Virus record (IMG/VR): IMGVR_UViG_3300045988_178965
Coordinates: 96,001 to 160,000 of that record
Strand: one strand, 5' to 3'
Length of the DNA stretch: 64,000 bases
DNA from: a virus
Below the pieces are notes generated by a model. The model was not told the origin of the DNA. It made no database searches and saw only the letters and a program-made list of their open reading frames with translations. This document shows, one piece after another, positions 63,167 to 64,000 of the stretch. Each line of letters starts with the position of its first letter. Position 1 is the first letter of the stretch. The position numbers and the translations under genes were made by a program.

Positions 63167-63720
63167 TATAATATTTATGACGGAATGTGCTGAGTCGGGA
63201 TAATCTACGGCATCCGGCCTTCAAGAGATATTATCTTACTGTGAACTAGTCCTAGAGAAATCTAAATAACCTCGAGAGACGGGGTCGGATGAAGCAGTAA
63301 TGAAACTCCTAGATGTGGGCAAGCCTAACCGAAGGAGTCGATCGAAAACTCGTTGTTGAAGTAGCGTAAGCTCCCTGACACTAATCATAGTAATACGAGA
63401 GGTGGCGAGTATAAATAAATTTCCTGTTATGCAGTGGATTGTAACCGATATTAATCGGCCACATGGGAAGATGAAACATCTCTGGTCTTGTAGAGATAGC
63501 ATATTGAGCTACAAGATGATACCGAAAGGTATGACTATAAATGGAAGTATTAACGGTCCAAGGTATTCCTTGGAGGGTCAAAAAGGGTGAAGAAAAAGCC
63601 TAGGATATAGCTCTCTTACAATTAGGGTTATATCAGTAAGACATCTACGTTGTACAACATGGCTAGATCGGGTTATTTTATTAAGCCACTTGCTTTGGTT
63701 AGGCCTAACTGTATCTAAAT
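63167..63720 (+). ncRNA. candidate ~550-nt structured ncRNA downstream of the consensus promoter
   Basis: No RBS-preceded ORF. Many short perfect helices, several capped by GNRA-type loops (ATACC-GAAA-GGTAT, AGC-GTAA-GCT), plus CTTGTAG/CTACAAG, CCAAGG/CCTTGG and GTGGC/GCCAC. Confidence 0.4.
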
Positions 63721-63739
63721 ATATCATATGTCTAAAAAA

Positions 63740-63935
63740 TAATAGATGGCCGCTGCGATGCGGCCCTATATTAAAAATAATAGATCAAAATTACAGATAA
63801 TACATAGGCTGCGTGATGCAGCCCTAAGATCAATAGAGAAATGAACATAAGCTTAGGATACTTACTTAAGCTTGTTATAGTCTACAATTATATTTGATAA
63901 TATTTGGAGGTAGCTTGATGCTACCTCCTATTTTA
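63740..63935. repeat. series of hairpins with a conserved apical sequence (GC-nTGAT-GC)
   Basis: GGCCGC-TGCGAT-GCGGCC, GGCTGC-GTGAT-GCAGCC and GGAGGTAGC-TTGAT-GCTACCTCC. AAAAATAATAGAT is repeated twice. Confidence 0.55.
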
Positions 63936-64000
63936 TTTGCAAGAAAAACTTACTTAAGCAAATAATACTTACTGCTTCCTGTATTGGAAGTATTCTATGA

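Noticed and set aside
1-64000. CRISPR arrays, integrase/att sites, transposases and rRNA genes
   Set aside because: I saw no regularly spaced direct repeats, no recombinase or transposase motifs in any ORF, and no rRNA-like sequence.

Overview
AT-rich, tightly packed segment of a large bacteriophage genome. The host is probably Gram-negative, judging from lipobox lipoproteins and a YadA-type autotransporter. Almost everything from 1 to 58.6 kb is coded on the minus strand. A short plus-strand lysis block lies at 59.2-62.0 kb. I saw no integrase, transposase, rRNA or CRISPR array.

Recognisable content:
- Nucleotide and DNA/RNA metabolism: thymidylate synthase, DHFR, ATP-dependent DNA ligase, RNase HI plus a mini RNase H-like protein, and a PNK kinase domain next to a 2H-phosphoesterase-like ORF and a Pol-beta-type nucleotidyltransferase ORF.
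- Likely counter-defence genes: an adjacent Nampt-like/Prs-like pair and a NADAR protein.
- Envelope genes: an SPFH lipoprotein, a PspA-like protein, a SleB-like hydrolase, and a full-length trimeric autotransporter adhesin.
- A GH24 endolysin cassette.
- A tRNA array at 13.4-21.8 kb with 11 canonical-looking tRNAs.

Most interesting observations:
1. Two paralogous ~1140-aa single-chain proteins each carry a beta-like H-x-G/A-K-G-V motif and a beta-prime-like DxDGD motif. They look like YonO/QDE-1/crAss-type two-barrel RNA polymerases.
2. A sequence-conserved intergenic element, GTGTCGGTTCTTTT on the coding strand, occurs at least 17 times. It usually forms the 3' arm of a hairpin whose compensatory G.U pairs exist only in the minus-sense RNA.
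3. A Ro60/TROVE-vWA gene is followed directly by tRNA-Pro and three tRNA-like RNAs. These three share a conserved, covarying ~50-nt bulged-helix insertion and have non-canonical anticodon loops, so they are Y-RNA/YrlA-like candidates.
4. A 151-nt nested element has a circularly permuted tRNA-like domain replacing the anticodon loop of an outer tRNA-like scaffold.
5. Several large structured non-coding regions are present. One is driven by a perfect sigma70 consensus promoter.

Functional calls rest on motifs I could read in the translations. No searches were run.
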